Assembly: GCA_963695555.1 (NCBI GenBank)
Contig: CAVOGR010000002.1
Coordinates: forward strand, 64,001-128,000
DNA: 64,000 bases
Source of the DNA: an uncultured Gemmatimonadales bacterium
GTDB lineage: Bacteria > Gemmatimonadota > Gemmatimonadetes > Gemmatimonadales > GWC2-71-9
Direction of reading: 5' to 3'
Shown: positions 34,956 to 44,964 of the stretch, one piece after another
Position numbering within the stretch: position 1 is the stretch's first letter
How the letters are laid out: every line of letters begins with the position of its first letter
Made by a program: the position numbers and the translations under genes
Notes under the pieces: model-generated
Seen by the model: the letters and a program-made list of their open reading frames with translations, nothing else
What the model was told of the DNA's origin: nothing
Databases searched by the model: none

Positions 34956-35825
34956 TCAGGAGCGCTCGATGCGCACCCGGGGCCTATCCATGCGTCCCGG
35001 GTCAACCGAGCGATTGCGCCAAACGGGCTCGTCCGGAGAATCCGGCACCGTCATGCTGATGGTCTGACGGCGCTGCTTTCGCATGATCGCAAGCTCTACG
35101 GTCTCTCCTTGCTCGTACGAGCCGAGGATGCGCATCGCGTGTGACGGCGTCTTCGGCGTGCGGCCCGCAATGGAGAGGATCACATCGCCTGGCTTCAGGC
35201 TGAGCTCCGACCCTTCCGCCACACTCACCACCAGGAGCCCTTCCTTGGCGGCGAAATACTCGCCGAGGTCGGGATTCAGGCTCACCAACTCGAGCCCGCC
35301 CCATCGGCCGGTGCCGAAGAACTCAAAGTTGAGGTCGCGCGGCATAAAGCGGAACTCGTTCATTCCGCGCTGGAGGCGCTCCATATCCGGCATCCGGAAC
35401 GAGAAGGTGTTCCCCATGTCCTCCGCCTCGAGCGTCGCCTTCTGGCTCTTCGCACCGCGGCGGTACTCGATCTCCACCTTGTCTCCCGGATCGAGCTTCC
35501 GGGCCAGCTCGACCAACTTCATGCCCGGGCCAGACGCGTTCTCATCGTCAGCCTTGACCCCGGCCAGGGCGGTGCCGTTGAACTTGGTGATGATGTCGCC
35601 GGCCTCGAGCCCAGCCTTGTCCGCTGGTCCGTCCGGCACCACCGATTCGACTTCGGCGCCGATCTTGTCCCGAGCCATGTCGGCCCGGGTGTTGACCATC
35701 ACCCCGATCCGCCCCCGGCCGGCGCCGAACGCGAAGACCCTGAGATCCCGGTCCTGTGCCTGTGCCAGACCCACGGGGACGGTAAGGAGGAGCGCGAGCG
35801 CTCCAAAGAGCCACTGTCGTTTCAT
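34956..35825 (-). CDS. Secreted double-PDZ domain protein
   Basis: Signal peptide; GPADKAGLEAGDII and LKPGDVILSI PDZ motifs; no protease domain. Confidence 0.82.
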   Translation of the reverse strand: MKRQWLFGALALLLTVPVGLAQAQDRDLRVFAFGAGRGRIGVMVNTRADMARDKIGAEVESVVPDGPADKAGLEAGDIITKFNGTALAGVKADDENASGPGMKLVELARKLDPGDKVEIEYRRGAKSQKATLEAEDMGNTFSFRMPDMERLQRGMNEFRFMPRDLNFEFFGTGRWGGLELVSLNPDLGEYFAAKEGLLVVSVAEGSELSLKPGDVILSIAGRTPKTPSHAMRILGSYEQGETVELAIMRKQRRQTISMTVPDSPDEPVWRNRSVDPGRMDRPRVRIERS

Positions 35826-36092
35826 GAGTGAGTATCTCCCTTTTGTGGTACTTGGCTTCTAGTGGTAGGGATTCGGGAGGGGGCCGGATGGTCGCACGGA
35901 AAGGACGTAGGAGGGTAGGGACGTAGGAGTGTGGGACTACAGGCCGGGGCCGATCTTGGTCCCTACTTCCCACCAGCCTACTGCCCTACCTCCTCCCACA
36001 GTCTCTCCCACCCGTTTCAGGCCGGGTTAGATTTCCCACCATTCCCCCTGTCACTTGCTACAGAGCGCTCAGCTCTGCGAGGAGACTGCCCC

Positions 36093-36635
36093 ATGCGTGC
36101 CGCCGTCGAACGGCTCTGGCCCGAGCTCGAGTGGATCGAGGACCCAGGCCTCAGGGAGCAGACCACCCAAACCTGGACTACCGCGTTCGAGCGGAGCCCG
36201 CTCGAGCCCGACGACTTGAACGAGATCCCCTTCACGCTGCTCGTCCCGAATTGTCCGGCCACGTTCATGGAGCACAAGCGGTGCGTGGTCCACATTGCGC
36301 GCGCGGGGGCTAGGGCCATGCAGGAATTCATGGGAACCTCGCTCACAATCGACCTGGATACGGTCATCGCCGGCGCCATCCTGGCCGACGTGGGCAAGCT
36401 CCTGGAGTACGAGAAGGTCGGCGGGAAGGCCGTCCAGAGCGACCGTGGGAAGAACCTCCGGCACCCGTTCACCGGTGTGGCGCTCGCAATGGAGTGCGGC
36501 GTGCCGGAAGCGGTCTGCCATATCATCGCGGCCCACGCCGGCGAGGGCGACCTGGTCAAGCGCAGCACCGAGGCGATCATCGTCCACCACGCGGACTTCA
36601 TGGCCTACCTGCCGTTCAAGAACCTGTCTCGCTGA
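36093..36635 (+). CDS. HD/HDIG-fold protein with a non-canonical motif (LAD instead of LHD)
   Basis: EHKRCV, GAILADVGKLLEY, RHPFTG, HIIAAH, HHADF; GGAG RBS. Confidence 0.82.
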   Translation: MRAAVERLWPELEWIEDPGLREQTTQTWTTAFERSPLEPDDLNEIPFTLLVPNCPATFMEHKRCVVHIARAGARAMQEFMGTSLTIDLDTVIAGAILADVGKLLEYEKVGGKAVQSDRGKNLRHPFTGVALAMECGVPEAVCHIIAAHAGEGDLVKRSTEAIIVHHADFMAYLPFKNLSR

Positions 36636-36653
36636 CCAAGCGGAGAGAGACAT

Positions 36654-38031
36654 ATGCCGGACACCATCACCGCCACCATGGCCCGCTGGGCCTCCGACCT
36701 CACGTTCGACGACATCGGCGCCCAGGCCGTGCACGAGGCGAAGCGATACCTGCTGGATTCCCTGGGCTGCGCCTTCGGCGGCTTCCGCCAGGAAGACGCG
36801 CGGATCGCCATGGAGGTGCTCGACGAGGTCGGCGGGAAGGGACCGGCCACCATCCTCGGCAGCGGGAAGCGCACCGACCCTGTCACCGCGTCGCTCGCCA
36901 ATGCGCTGATGGTCCGGGTGATGGACTACAACGACATCTACTGGCAGCAAGATCCGTCGCACCCCTCGGACATCATTCCCGCTGCGATCGCCTGCGGCGA
37001 ACGGGCCGCAAGGAAGCGGCACAGACCTCGTCGTCGGCATCGTGCTGGGACATGAATTCGAGATGCGGATGTGCGAGGCTGCCTTCCCGGGCATCCGCGA
37101 GCGCGGCTGGCACCACGCGACACTCACCGCGTTCGTCTCGCCCATCGTCGCCGGACGCATGCTCGGCCTTCCGTGGGACAAGATCCAGCACGCGATCGGG
37201 ATCTCGGCTTCACGCCATGCCACCCTCGGGGCAGTGACCGCGGGCAAGCTCACCATGATGAAGAACACGGTCGACCCCATGGCCACCCAGTCGGGAGTGC
37301 TGGCGGCGCTCCTGGCCGAGAAGGGGTACACCGGCCCCGAGCACGTGATCGATGGGAAGGAAGGGCTGGCGCATTGCTTCGGGCCCGAGTGGAAGCTCGA
37401 CGTGCTGGTGGATGGGCTGGGCGATGCCTGGCGGATCGAGCGGTGCGGCATGAAGGCTTTTCCTACCGAGGCCCTCACCCACACCCCAATCTCGGCCGTG
37501 CTCGACATCGTGCACGCGAACGACCTGAAACCCGATGACATCGAGCAAGTCCACATCCGGTCACTGGCACGCGCGGCGGACATCCTCGCCGACCCGTCGA
37601 AATACGATCCGCGCACCAAGGAAACCGCCGATCACAGCCTCCCCTACGTGATCGCCGCCGCGATCGCGGATGGACAGGTGACGCCCGCGCAATTCGAAGC
37701 CGACAAGATCATGGATCCGATCATCCGCGCGCAGCTGAATAAGGTGAAGGTGGTGGCCGATCCGGAGATCGAAGCTGTCTTCCCCAAGCTTCAGCGCGTG
37801 ATCGTCACCGTGACGACCACCGACGGGCGCGAACTGACCAAGCAGCTGGATTACCCCAAGGGAGACCCGCGGAATCCGCTCACCGACCAGGAAGTCGAAG
37901 AGAAATTCGACGCCCTTGCGGGTCCAGTGCTCTCAAAAGGCGCGCGGGCCAAGCTCAAGCAGGCGGTATGGGATCTCGAGAAGCAGAAGTCGATTTCGAA
38001 GCTCATGGCTCTCTGCACCACTGACCGGTAG
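36654..38031 (+). pseudogene. MmgE/PrpD family dehydratase with a frameshift near 37010 (possibly a sequencing error)
   Basis: N-half: LLDSLGC, DYNDIY, HPSDII. C-half: GWHHAT, ETADHSLPY, PKGDPRNP. The two halves join after a 1-nt shift at about 37005-37015. Confidence 0.82.
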
Positions 38032-38048
38032 CCCACTCGGAGACGACG

Positions 38049-39995
38049 ATGGGTCAGACGATCACGGAGAAGATCGCGCAGCAGTACATGACCGAAGGCC
38101 CGGCCCGGCCGCTCCGTCCGGGTGACGTCATCTCGCTTCGGCCACGGCACGTGCTCACGCACGACAACACCGCGGCGGTCATGAAGAAGTTCCGGGCGAT
38201 TGGCGCAGACCGGGTCTTCGATCCCAGGCAACCGGTCTTTGCGCTGGATCACGATATCCAAAACACCTCCGAGACCAATCTCGCGAAGTACGCCGAGATC
38301 GAGGCCTTTGCCGCGGAGCACGGCGTCGATTTCTATCCGGCCGGCACCGGCATCAGCCACCAGGTGATGGTGGCGCACGGGTACGTAGTTCCAGGCTCAC
38401 TGGTCGTGGGTTCGGATTCCCACTCCAACATGTACGGAGCGCTCGGGGCGTTGGGCACACCGGTGGTGCGGACCGACGCGGCTGCCATCTGGGCCACAGG
38501 CGAGTTCTGGTGGCAGGTGCCGCGCACCGTCCGCGTGGTGCTCGAGGGCACGCTCCGGAAGGGTGTGACTGGAAAGGACGTGATCGTTATGCTGTGCGGG
38601 CTCTACAACCAGGGCGAGGTGCTGAACGCCATCGTCGAGTTCGCCGGCCCGGGCGTCGCCAGCCTGAGCGCCGACGCCCGCATGACTATCGCCAACATGA
38701 CGACCGAATGGGGCGCGCTCGCCGGATGGTTCCCGATAGATGCGGTCACGATCACCTACCTGAAGTCCCGAAAGAAGATCATCGAGGCGGCGGGAAGCTC
38801 CCGATTCACCGACGACGACCTCACCGCTTGGGCAACCAACCCGCCCGCACCCGATCCGGACGCGGCCTATGCCGGTGAGATCGTACTCGACCTGGCAACC
38901 GTGAGCCCACACGTGTCGGGGCCCGACACGGTGCAGGTCATGCGCTCGGTGGCGGACATCGAGCGCGACAAGATTGCGATCCAAAAGGCCTACCTGGTCA
39001 GCTGCGTCAACAGTCGGCTCGAGGATCTCGAGGCGGCGGCCCGAGTTATTGAGGGCAAGAAGGTGGCCCCCAGCGTGGACTTCTACGTGGCCGCTGCGAG
39101 CAAGGAGGTGCAGGATCGAGCCGAGGCGTCGGGTGCATGGGGCACGCTGCTCGCGGCGGGCGCCCATCCGCTGCCGCCCGGATGCGGGCCCTGCATCGGG
39201 CTCGGCGTGGGGCTCCTCGAGCCAGGCGAGGTCGGGATCTCAGCCACAAACCGGAACTTCAAGGGCCGCATGGGCTCCCGAGAGGCGCAGGCGTACCTCG
39301 GCAGTCCGGCTGTCGTCGCTGCTTCGGCGGTGGCGGGCTACATCACCGGCCCCGGCCCCTCCTATGGCGGGCAGCCGGAGAAGCGGTTCGTCGAGTCGGC
39401 CGAGCGGGCGCGGGCGCCTGAACGGGTCGATATCCTCAACGGCTTCCCCGAGCGTCTCAGCGGCCGGCTGGTGTTCGTCCCGCAGGACAACCTGAACACC
39501 GATGGGATCTACGGGAAGGACTACACCTACCGCGAGGACATGACCGCGGAGCAGATGGCCGAGGTCGTGATGGAGAATTACGATCCCGCCTTTGCCGGCC
39601 GGACCGCCGCGGGCGACGTGTTGGTCGGCGGGTGGAACTTCGGCACCGGGTCGAGCCGGGAGCAGGCGGCGACGGCGCTCAAGGCGAAGGGAATCGCGCT
39701 GGTGATCGCCGGGAGTTTCTCGCAGACGTATCTTCGAAACGCCTACAACAACGGCTTCGTCTGCATCGAGTGTCCCGAGCTCGTGAAACGGCTGAAGCAC
39801 CAGCACGAACCGGCGATGGCAGCCGGCGAGCTGACGATCGTCCCCGGTGATCAGATCGAGGTGGACTTCGCCAACGGGACCATCGCACACAGTGGCGCCG
39901 AGTACGGCTTTGCGGCACTCGGCTCAGTACCCCAATCGCTCGTCGTGGCGGGCGGGGTCGAGAACCTCGTCCGACGACGGTTGGGCCTCGGCTAA
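38049..39995 (+). CDS. lysF: Single-chain homoaconitase-like aconitase (fungal Lys4/LysF type)
   Basis: THDN, LDHDIQN, SDSHSNMYG, VRTDAAAIWATG..WWQ; Fe-S Cys in SCVNSR and GCGPCIG; fused swivel domain NFGTGSSREQA. Confidence 0.78.
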   Translation: MGQTITEKIAQQYMTEGPARPLRPGDVISLRPRHVLTHDNTAAVMKKFRAIGADRVFDPRQPVFALDHDIQNTSETNLAKYAEIEAFAAEHGVDFYPAGTGISHQVMVAHGYVVPGSLVVGSDSHSNMYGALGALGTPVVRTDAAAIWATGEFWWQVPRTVRVVLEGTLRKGVTGKDVIVMLCGLYNQGEVLNAIVEFAGPGVASLSADARMTIANMTTEWGALAGWFPIDAVTITYLKSRKKIIEAAGSSRFTDDDLTAWATNPPAPDPDAAYAGEIVLDLATVSPHVSGPDTVQVMRSVADIERDKIAIQKAYLVSCVNSRLEDLEAAARVIEGKKVAPSVDFYVAAASKEVQDRAEASGAWGTLLAAGAHPLPPGCGPCIGLGVGLLEPGEVGISATNRNFKGRMGSREAQAYLGSPAVVAASAVAGYITGPGPSYGGQPEKRFVESAERARAPERVDILNGFPERLSGRLVFVPQDNLNTDGIYGKDYTYREDMTAEQMAEVVMENYDPAFAGRTAAGDVLVGGWNFGTGSSREQAATALKAKGIALVIAGSFSQTYLRNAYNNGFVCIECPELVKRLKHQHEPAMAAGELTIVPGDQIEVDFANGTIAHSGAEYGFAALGSVPQSLVVAGGVENLVRRRLGLG

Positions 39996-40063
39996 TACAA
40001 CCGCGTCCGATCGATCAACAATGAAGACAACCCGCCGGCGGAGCCCCGCCGACAGAGGACAAC

Positions 40064-41251
40064 ATGGCTAAGTACACGGTGGTATCGATGCCCGGCGACG
40101 GCATCGGCAAGGTGGTTCTTCCCGAGGCGGTGCGCGTGCTCGACGCGATCGGGTTCGACGCGGCATACGTGCATGCCGACATCGGGTGGGATTTCTGGAT
40201 CAACGACGGGAACCCGCTCCCTGACAAGACCATCCAGCTGCTCGATCGCCACAAACTCGGCCTGTTCGGCGCCATTACCTCCAAGCCCAAGGGCCTCGCG
40301 ACCAAGGAACTCAAGCCGGAATTGCGCGACAAGGGGTTGGTGTATTTCAGCCCGATCGTCGCCATGCGCCAGCGATTCAACCTAGACGTGTGTATCCGGC
40401 CCTGCCGGTCGTTCCCCGGCAACCCGCTCAACTTCATCCGACAGATGGCAGGCGGCGGCTTCGAGGAGCCGAAGGTAGACGCGGTGATCTTCCGACAAAA
40501 TACCGAGGGATTGTACGCCGGCATCGAGTGGACCGACCCGCCCGAGCAGGTTCGTCAGGCGTTGGCCACCCACCCGAAATTCAAGCGATTTGCCTCCACG
40601 CCTGGACCCGACTTGGCGATCTCCACTCGGGTGTTTACCCGGAACGCGTGTCGACGAATTGTCACGGCGGCATTCGAGTATGCCAAACGCCACGGCTACA
40701 AGTCCGTGACGGTCTGCGAGAAGCCCAACGTGCTCCGCGAGACGTCGGGCATGATGGAGGACGTGGCCGCACAGGTGAAGCAGGGCTTTCCGGACATCCA
40801 GCTCTGGTCCACCAACATCGATGCCCAGATGATGTGGCTCACCAAGAACCCGGAAGACTACGGGGTCATCGTCGCGGGCAATATGTTCGGTGACATCATC
40901 TCCGACGGTTTTGCCGGGCTGGTCGGCGGCCTGGGATTCGCCTGCTCGGGTAACATCGGTGACGAAGTGGCGGTGTTCGAGCCGACCCATGGGTCGGCGC
41001 CCAAGTACCAGCAGCTCGATCCGCCGATCGTGAATCCGATCGCGATGATCTTGAGCGCGGCCATGCTGCTCGACCACGTCGGCGAGACCGACCGGGCCAC
41101 ACGGGTGCGCAACGCCGTTGGCGCGGTGGTCAAGGCTGGGAAGGTGCGCACCTACGACATGCTGCGCCTGGCCGGCGGGCAGGACGTGTTTTCCAAGGGA
41201 GCGGCGACGACCACCCAGGTGGGCGACGCCATCATCCAGCAGCTGAAATAG
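40064..41251 (+). CDS. Isocitrate/isopropylmalate/homoisocitrate dehydrogenase family protein
   Basis: PGDGIG, RQNTEGLY, NMFGDIISD, FEPTHGSAP, NPIAMILS. Confidence 0.9.
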   Translation: MAKYTVVSMPGDGIGKVVLPEAVRVLDAIGFDAAYVHADIGWDFWINDGNPLPDKTIQLLDRHKLGLFGAITSKPKGLATKELKPELRDKGLVYFSPIVAMRQRFNLDVCIRPCRSFPGNPLNFIRQMAGGGFEEPKVDAVIFRQNTEGLYAGIEWTDPPEQVRQALATHPKFKRFASTPGPDLAISTRVFTRNACRRIVTAAFEYAKRHGYKSVTVCEKPNVLRETSGMMEDVAAQVKQGFPDIQLWSTNIDAQMMWLTKNPEDYGVIVAGNMFGDIISDGFAGLVGGLGFACSGNIGDEVAVFEPTHGSAPKYQQLDPPIVNPIAMILSAAMLLDHVGETDRATRVRNAVGAVVKAGKVRTYDMLRLAGGQDVFSKGAATTTQVGDAIIQQLK

Positions 41252-41262
41252 CGAGGTACCCG

Positions 41263-42495
41263 GTGGCGACTCGGAAACGTGCACGGTCCTCCCGCCACGG
41301 GCAGGCAGGCCGCCGCGGCGATGATGTACGCTCGGATCTGTTCGTCTCGGCGACGATCGCGCCGTCCGGAGGTACCCGCATCCGGCTGGCATCGAAGGTC
41401 GAGTCGTTCTACGGAGACTCGATTCGCGAGACCGTCGACGGCGTGCTCACGAGCCTCGGCGTGCGGCATGCCACGGTGCAGATCGAGGACCAGGGTGCGG
41501 TGCCGTTCGTCATAGCCGCCCGAGTGGAGGCAGCGCTGCGGCGGGCCGGGGCCGGTGGTCGCGGCGGAGATGCACGGCCGGAACGCACCGTCGTTCGCGC
41601 CGGACCCACGGCGCGCGACCGGCTCCGCCGCTCGCGGCTCTATCTGCCCGGCAACGAGCCCAAGTTCATGCTCAATGCCGGCATCCACCGCCCGGACGCG
41701 ATCATTCTCGATCTCGAGGACTCGGTCCATCCCAACGACAAGGATACCGCACGGCTCCTGGTCCGAAACGCCCTCCGGTGCGTGGATTTCATGGGCGCCG
41801 AGCGCATGGTTCGAATCAACCAGCTCCCGCTCGGGCTCGACGATCTCGACGCCATTGTGCCGGAAGACCCGGACCTGATCCTCATCCCCAAGACCGAACA
41901 CGCCGATCAGGTGCGGCAGGTGCACGACCACATCGCCGAATTGCGCAACGCAGGTGGCGATGGTCATCCCGTCTGGCTGATGCCGATCTTGGAATCGGCA
42001 CTCGGCGTGGAGCACGCGCACGAGATCGGAACGGCTGCCGACACCGTCGTCGCCCTCACCATCGGGCTCGAGGACTACACCGCCGACCTCGGCGTGCCCA
42101 AGACCCTGGCCGGTACGGAATCTTCCTACGCCCGGACGCGCTTGGTGAACGCGGCGCGGGCGGCAGGGGTGCAGGCCATCGATTCCGTCTTCGGCGACGT
42201 TGGCGACATGGACGGGCTCGCCGCCTGGGCGGAGCGCTCCCGCGGGCTCGGCTTCGAGGGCATGGGCTGCATTCACCCGCGGCAGATCGAGCCGATTCAC
42301 CGGGCCTTCGCGCCGACGGCTGAGGAGATCGAGAAGGCGCAGAAGATCGTGGCCGCGTTCGAGGAGGCCGACCGGAAGGGGCTGGGCGTCGTGAGCCTCG
42401 GCACCCGGATGGTCGATCCCCCGGTCGTCAAGCGGGCGCAGCGGCTCATCGCGACGGCGCGCCAGGCCGGCCTGATTCCCGGGAGTACCCCATGA
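41263..42495 (+). CDS. citE: Citrate lyase ACP (CitD)-lyase beta subunit (CitE) fusion
   Basis: N-terminal AG..RSD and IEDQGAVPFVIAARVEAA (CitD-like). C-terminal RRSRLYLPG, LDLEDSV, PILESA, GLEDYTADL, IHPRQ, MVDPP. Confidence 0.85.
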   Translation: MATRKRARSSRHGQAGRRGDDVRSDLFVSATIAPSGGTRIRLASKVESFYGDSIRETVDGVLTSLGVRHATVQIEDQGAVPFVIAARVEAALRRAGAGGRGGDARPERTVVRAGPTARDRLRRSRLYLPGNEPKFMLNAGIHRPDAIILDLEDSVHPNDKDTARLLVRNALRCVDFMGAERMVRINQLPLGLDDLDAIVPEDPDLILIPKTEHADQVRQVHDHIAELRNAGGDGHPVWLMPILESALGVEHAHEIGTAADTVVALTIGLEDYTADLGVPKTLAGTESSYARTRLVNAARAAGVQAIDSVFGDVGDMDGLAAWAERSRGLGFEGMGCIHPRQIEPIHRAFAPTAEEIEKAQKIVAAFEEADRKGLGVVSLGTRMVDPPVVKRAQRLIATARQAGLIPGSTP

Positions 42496-44099
42496 CGCCG
42501 CGCACACGACGGACGCCGAAACGGGCGACCAAGACCACCCCGGAGTTCGTGGTGAACGCGGCGGGACGGCGCGTTCCCACCATGGTGAACGGACAGCCGC
42601 AGGTTCCTTATAAGGGTGTCGGCAAGTACCGGCCAACCGGCGCCAAGCACGGACCGCCCATCGCGTCCTGCGCCGATTACCCGATGAGCGGCGACAAGCG
42701 GGTGAAGGGGGGGGACCTCGCGACCGCGCTCAAGCGGTGTGGCCTGCGTGACGGCATGGTGATCTCGACCCATCATCATTTGCGAAACGGCGACCGGATC
42801 GCACTCCAGGCGCTCCAAGCTGCGGCCAAGCTCGGCGTCAAAGATCTCGTTTGGCTGCCCAGCGCCTCGTTCCCTTGCCACGAGCCCGTGATCGACCTGA
42901 TGAAGGCCGGCGTGGTTCATCATATCGAAGGCAGCATGAACGGGCCGCTCGGCGAGTACTGCTCACGCGGCAAGATGCGCGGCTTGGGCGTGCTCCGCTC
43001 CCATGGCGGGCGGTGGCAGGCGATTCAGGACGGCGAGATCAAGATCGACATAGCGGTCATCGCGGCACCGACGGCCGACGCATTCGGCAACGCCGACGGC
43101 TCACACGGGCCATCAGCGTGCGGTTCGTTGGGATTCGCGCTGGCCGATTCGATGTACGCCGACCGCGTGATCGTGGTCACGGACAACCTGGTGCCCTTCC
43201 CCTGTATCCCGTGGCAGATCCAAGGCAACAACGTGGACTGCGTGGTTGAGGTCGACTCGATCGGCGACCCGTCGCTGATCGTCTCCGGCACCACCGAGAT
43301 TACCAAGAGCCCCGATCGCCTGCTGATCGCGGAATATGTGGCGCGATTCATCCAGGCCGCCGGCATCATGCGAGACGGATTCTCGTTCCAGGCCGGGGCC
43401 GGCGGCATTGCGCTCGCGTTCACCCAGTTCCTCAAGGAGATGATGAAAGCGGAAGGAGTTCGGGCCCGCTTCGTCCGCGGCGGGTCGACCCAGTACCTGG
43501 TCGACCTGCTGAATGAGGGTCTGACGGATTACATCCTGGATGGCCAGACCTTTGACTTGGCCGGCGTCGCGTCGATCGGATCCAATCCGCGGCACGTGCC
43601 CACGTCACCGTTTACGTCGTACAACTTCCACGGCAAGGGCAACTTCGCCTCCCTGGTCGATGCGGCAGTCCTCGGCGCGACCGAGGTGGACATCGACTTC
43701 AACGCCAACGTCGTCACCCACTCCGACGGCCTCTTGCTGCACGGAATCGGCGGCTGGCAGAATTGCCTCTTCAGCGGGTGTACCATCCTCGCGGTTCCGG
43801 CCTTTCGGGACAGGATCCCAGTGATCGTGAATGAGGTCACCACCGTCACGGGCCCGTCCGAGCTGATCGATGTCGTGGTGACCGAGCGTGGCATTGCGAT
43901 CAACCCGCGCCGGAAGGATCTCGTGAAAGCGACCCGCCATTCCGGACTCCCCATTCGCCCGATCGCAGAGATCAAGGCGGAGGTCGAAGCGATCGTCGGC
44001 GGCCCGCCCCAACCTCCTGCCCTGCTCGAGCGCCCGGTGGCGGTGATCAAGTGGGTCGACGGCACGCTGTTGGATACCGTCTGGCAGGTGGCGCAATAG
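42492..44099 (+). CDS. citF: Citrate lyase alpha subunit/CoA-transferase
   Basis: GLRDGMVISTHHHLRNGD, RSHGGR, CGSLGFA, FSFQAGAGG, LGATEVD..FNANV, DVVVTERGIAINP. Confidence 0.9.
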   Translation: MTPRTRRTPKRATKTTPEFVVNAAGRRVPTMVNGQPQVPYKGVGKYRPTGAKHGPPIASCADYPMSGDKRVKGGDLATALKRCGLRDGMVISTHHHLRNGDRIALQALQAAAKLGVKDLVWLPSASFPCHEPVIDLMKAGVVHHIEGSMNGPLGEYCSRGKMRGLGVLRSHGGRWQAIQDGEIKIDIAVIAAPTADAFGNADGSHGPSACGSLGFALADSMYADRVIVVTDNLVPFPCIPWQIQGNNVDCVVEVDSIGDPSLIVSGTTEITKSPDRLLIAEYVARFIQAAGIMRDGFSFQAGAGGIALAFTQFLKEMMKAEGVRARFVRGGSTQYLVDLLNEGLTDYILDGQTFDLAGVASIGSNPRHVPTSPFTSYNFHGKGNFASLVDAAVLGATEVDIDFNANVVTHSDGLLLHGIGGWQNCLFSGCTILAVPAFRDRIPVIVNEVTTVTGPSELIDVVVTERGIAINPRRKDLVKATRHSGLPIRPIAEIKAEVEAIVGGPPQPPALLERPVAVIKWVDGTLLDTVWQVAQ

Positions 44100-44113
44100 C
44101 GGGAAGGCGTGGC

Positions 44114-44932
44114 TCAGCGAGTCGGGCCGATGCCCTGGTAGCGCAGGTTCCGGGTTCCGTCGGGGTTGTGGACGTAGTGCAGTGACAAGTCGCGCGCGAT
44201 ATCGGGCGCGGATTCCATGGCGAACGCCGTTGGGATGAACTCGAACTTGGCGTAATGCTCGCCGTCCCGCGTCCTCACGAAGTAGATACCGCCATCAGAT
44301 CCAAAGTCGAGCTCGGCGGTAGCTGCGTACCCGTCCGCCGGAGCGGTGTCGGTATAGATGAGGAACATGTTGTCGACGCCCAGCTCTTCTCGTGAGACGA
44401 ATCGGATGCCGCCGGCTCCGGATACTCGGAGCCGCATGTTTCCCCTCGACCCAGGCTCGACGGATTCCGGGAAGATGTCGGCATTGTCTGCAGTGGTCGC
44501 GAGCCGGCGCGTCGCGAAGTCCCAGCCGTAATAGCTCCCGTCGGTCTTCTGTCCCAGCCTGAGGAACCCACTGGGCAGCGCCTTCAGACCTTCGATTCGC
44601 TGCTTGAGGCGGATGCGAACCTCAGCGTTTCGGGGATACCACGACTGGAACCGCTGGTAGCCCTGATGCTCCACCCAGAGATTGACGCTGCTGCCGTGCC
44701 GATACCCGATGGTGAACGCACCCACGGAATCGGTTGTGGTGAAGGTTGAGTAATCCTTGTCCCACACCAGGCTCCCATTGCTCAAGCCCCAGCCATGCTG
44801 GGCGGCGCGGATGGTGGCACCCTCGATGGGCCGGTCGGTCTCGAAGTCCGTTGCCGTGCCGGAGACGTGCTTCTCGGTTAAGCATCCGGCCAGGCTCAAC
44901 GCCACCGGGATCACAAGGCTGAAAGCCTTCAT
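44114..44932 (-). CDS. Hypothetical lipoprotein with a carboxypeptidase-regulatory-like domain
   Basis: Lipobox LAGC; PIEGATI..TTTDSVGAF; start moved to ATG 44932. Confidence 0.7.
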   Translation of the reverse strand: MKAFSLVIPVALSLAGCLTEKHVSGTATDFETDRPIEGATIRAAQHGWGLSNGSLVWDKDYSTFTTTDSVGAFTIGYRHGSSVNLWVEHQGYQRFQSWYPRNAEVRIRLKQRIEGLKALPSGFLRLGQKTDGSYYGWDFATRRLATTADNADIFPESVEPGSRGNMRLRVSGAGGIRFVSREELGVDNMFLIYTDTAPADGYAATAELDFGSDGGIYFVRTRDGEHYAKFEFIPTAFAMESAPDIARDLSLHYVHNPDGTRNLRYQGIGPTR

Positions 44933-44964
44933 ACGTTGCCCCTTCCCTTCGAACAAGGTAACCA

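Noticed and set aside
36654..44099. Standard methylcitrate cycle, leucine biosynthesis or citrate fermentation operon
   Set aside because: prpB/prpC, leuA and citC/G/X or a citrate transporter are missing from the window, and the aconitase is a Lys4-like single chain.
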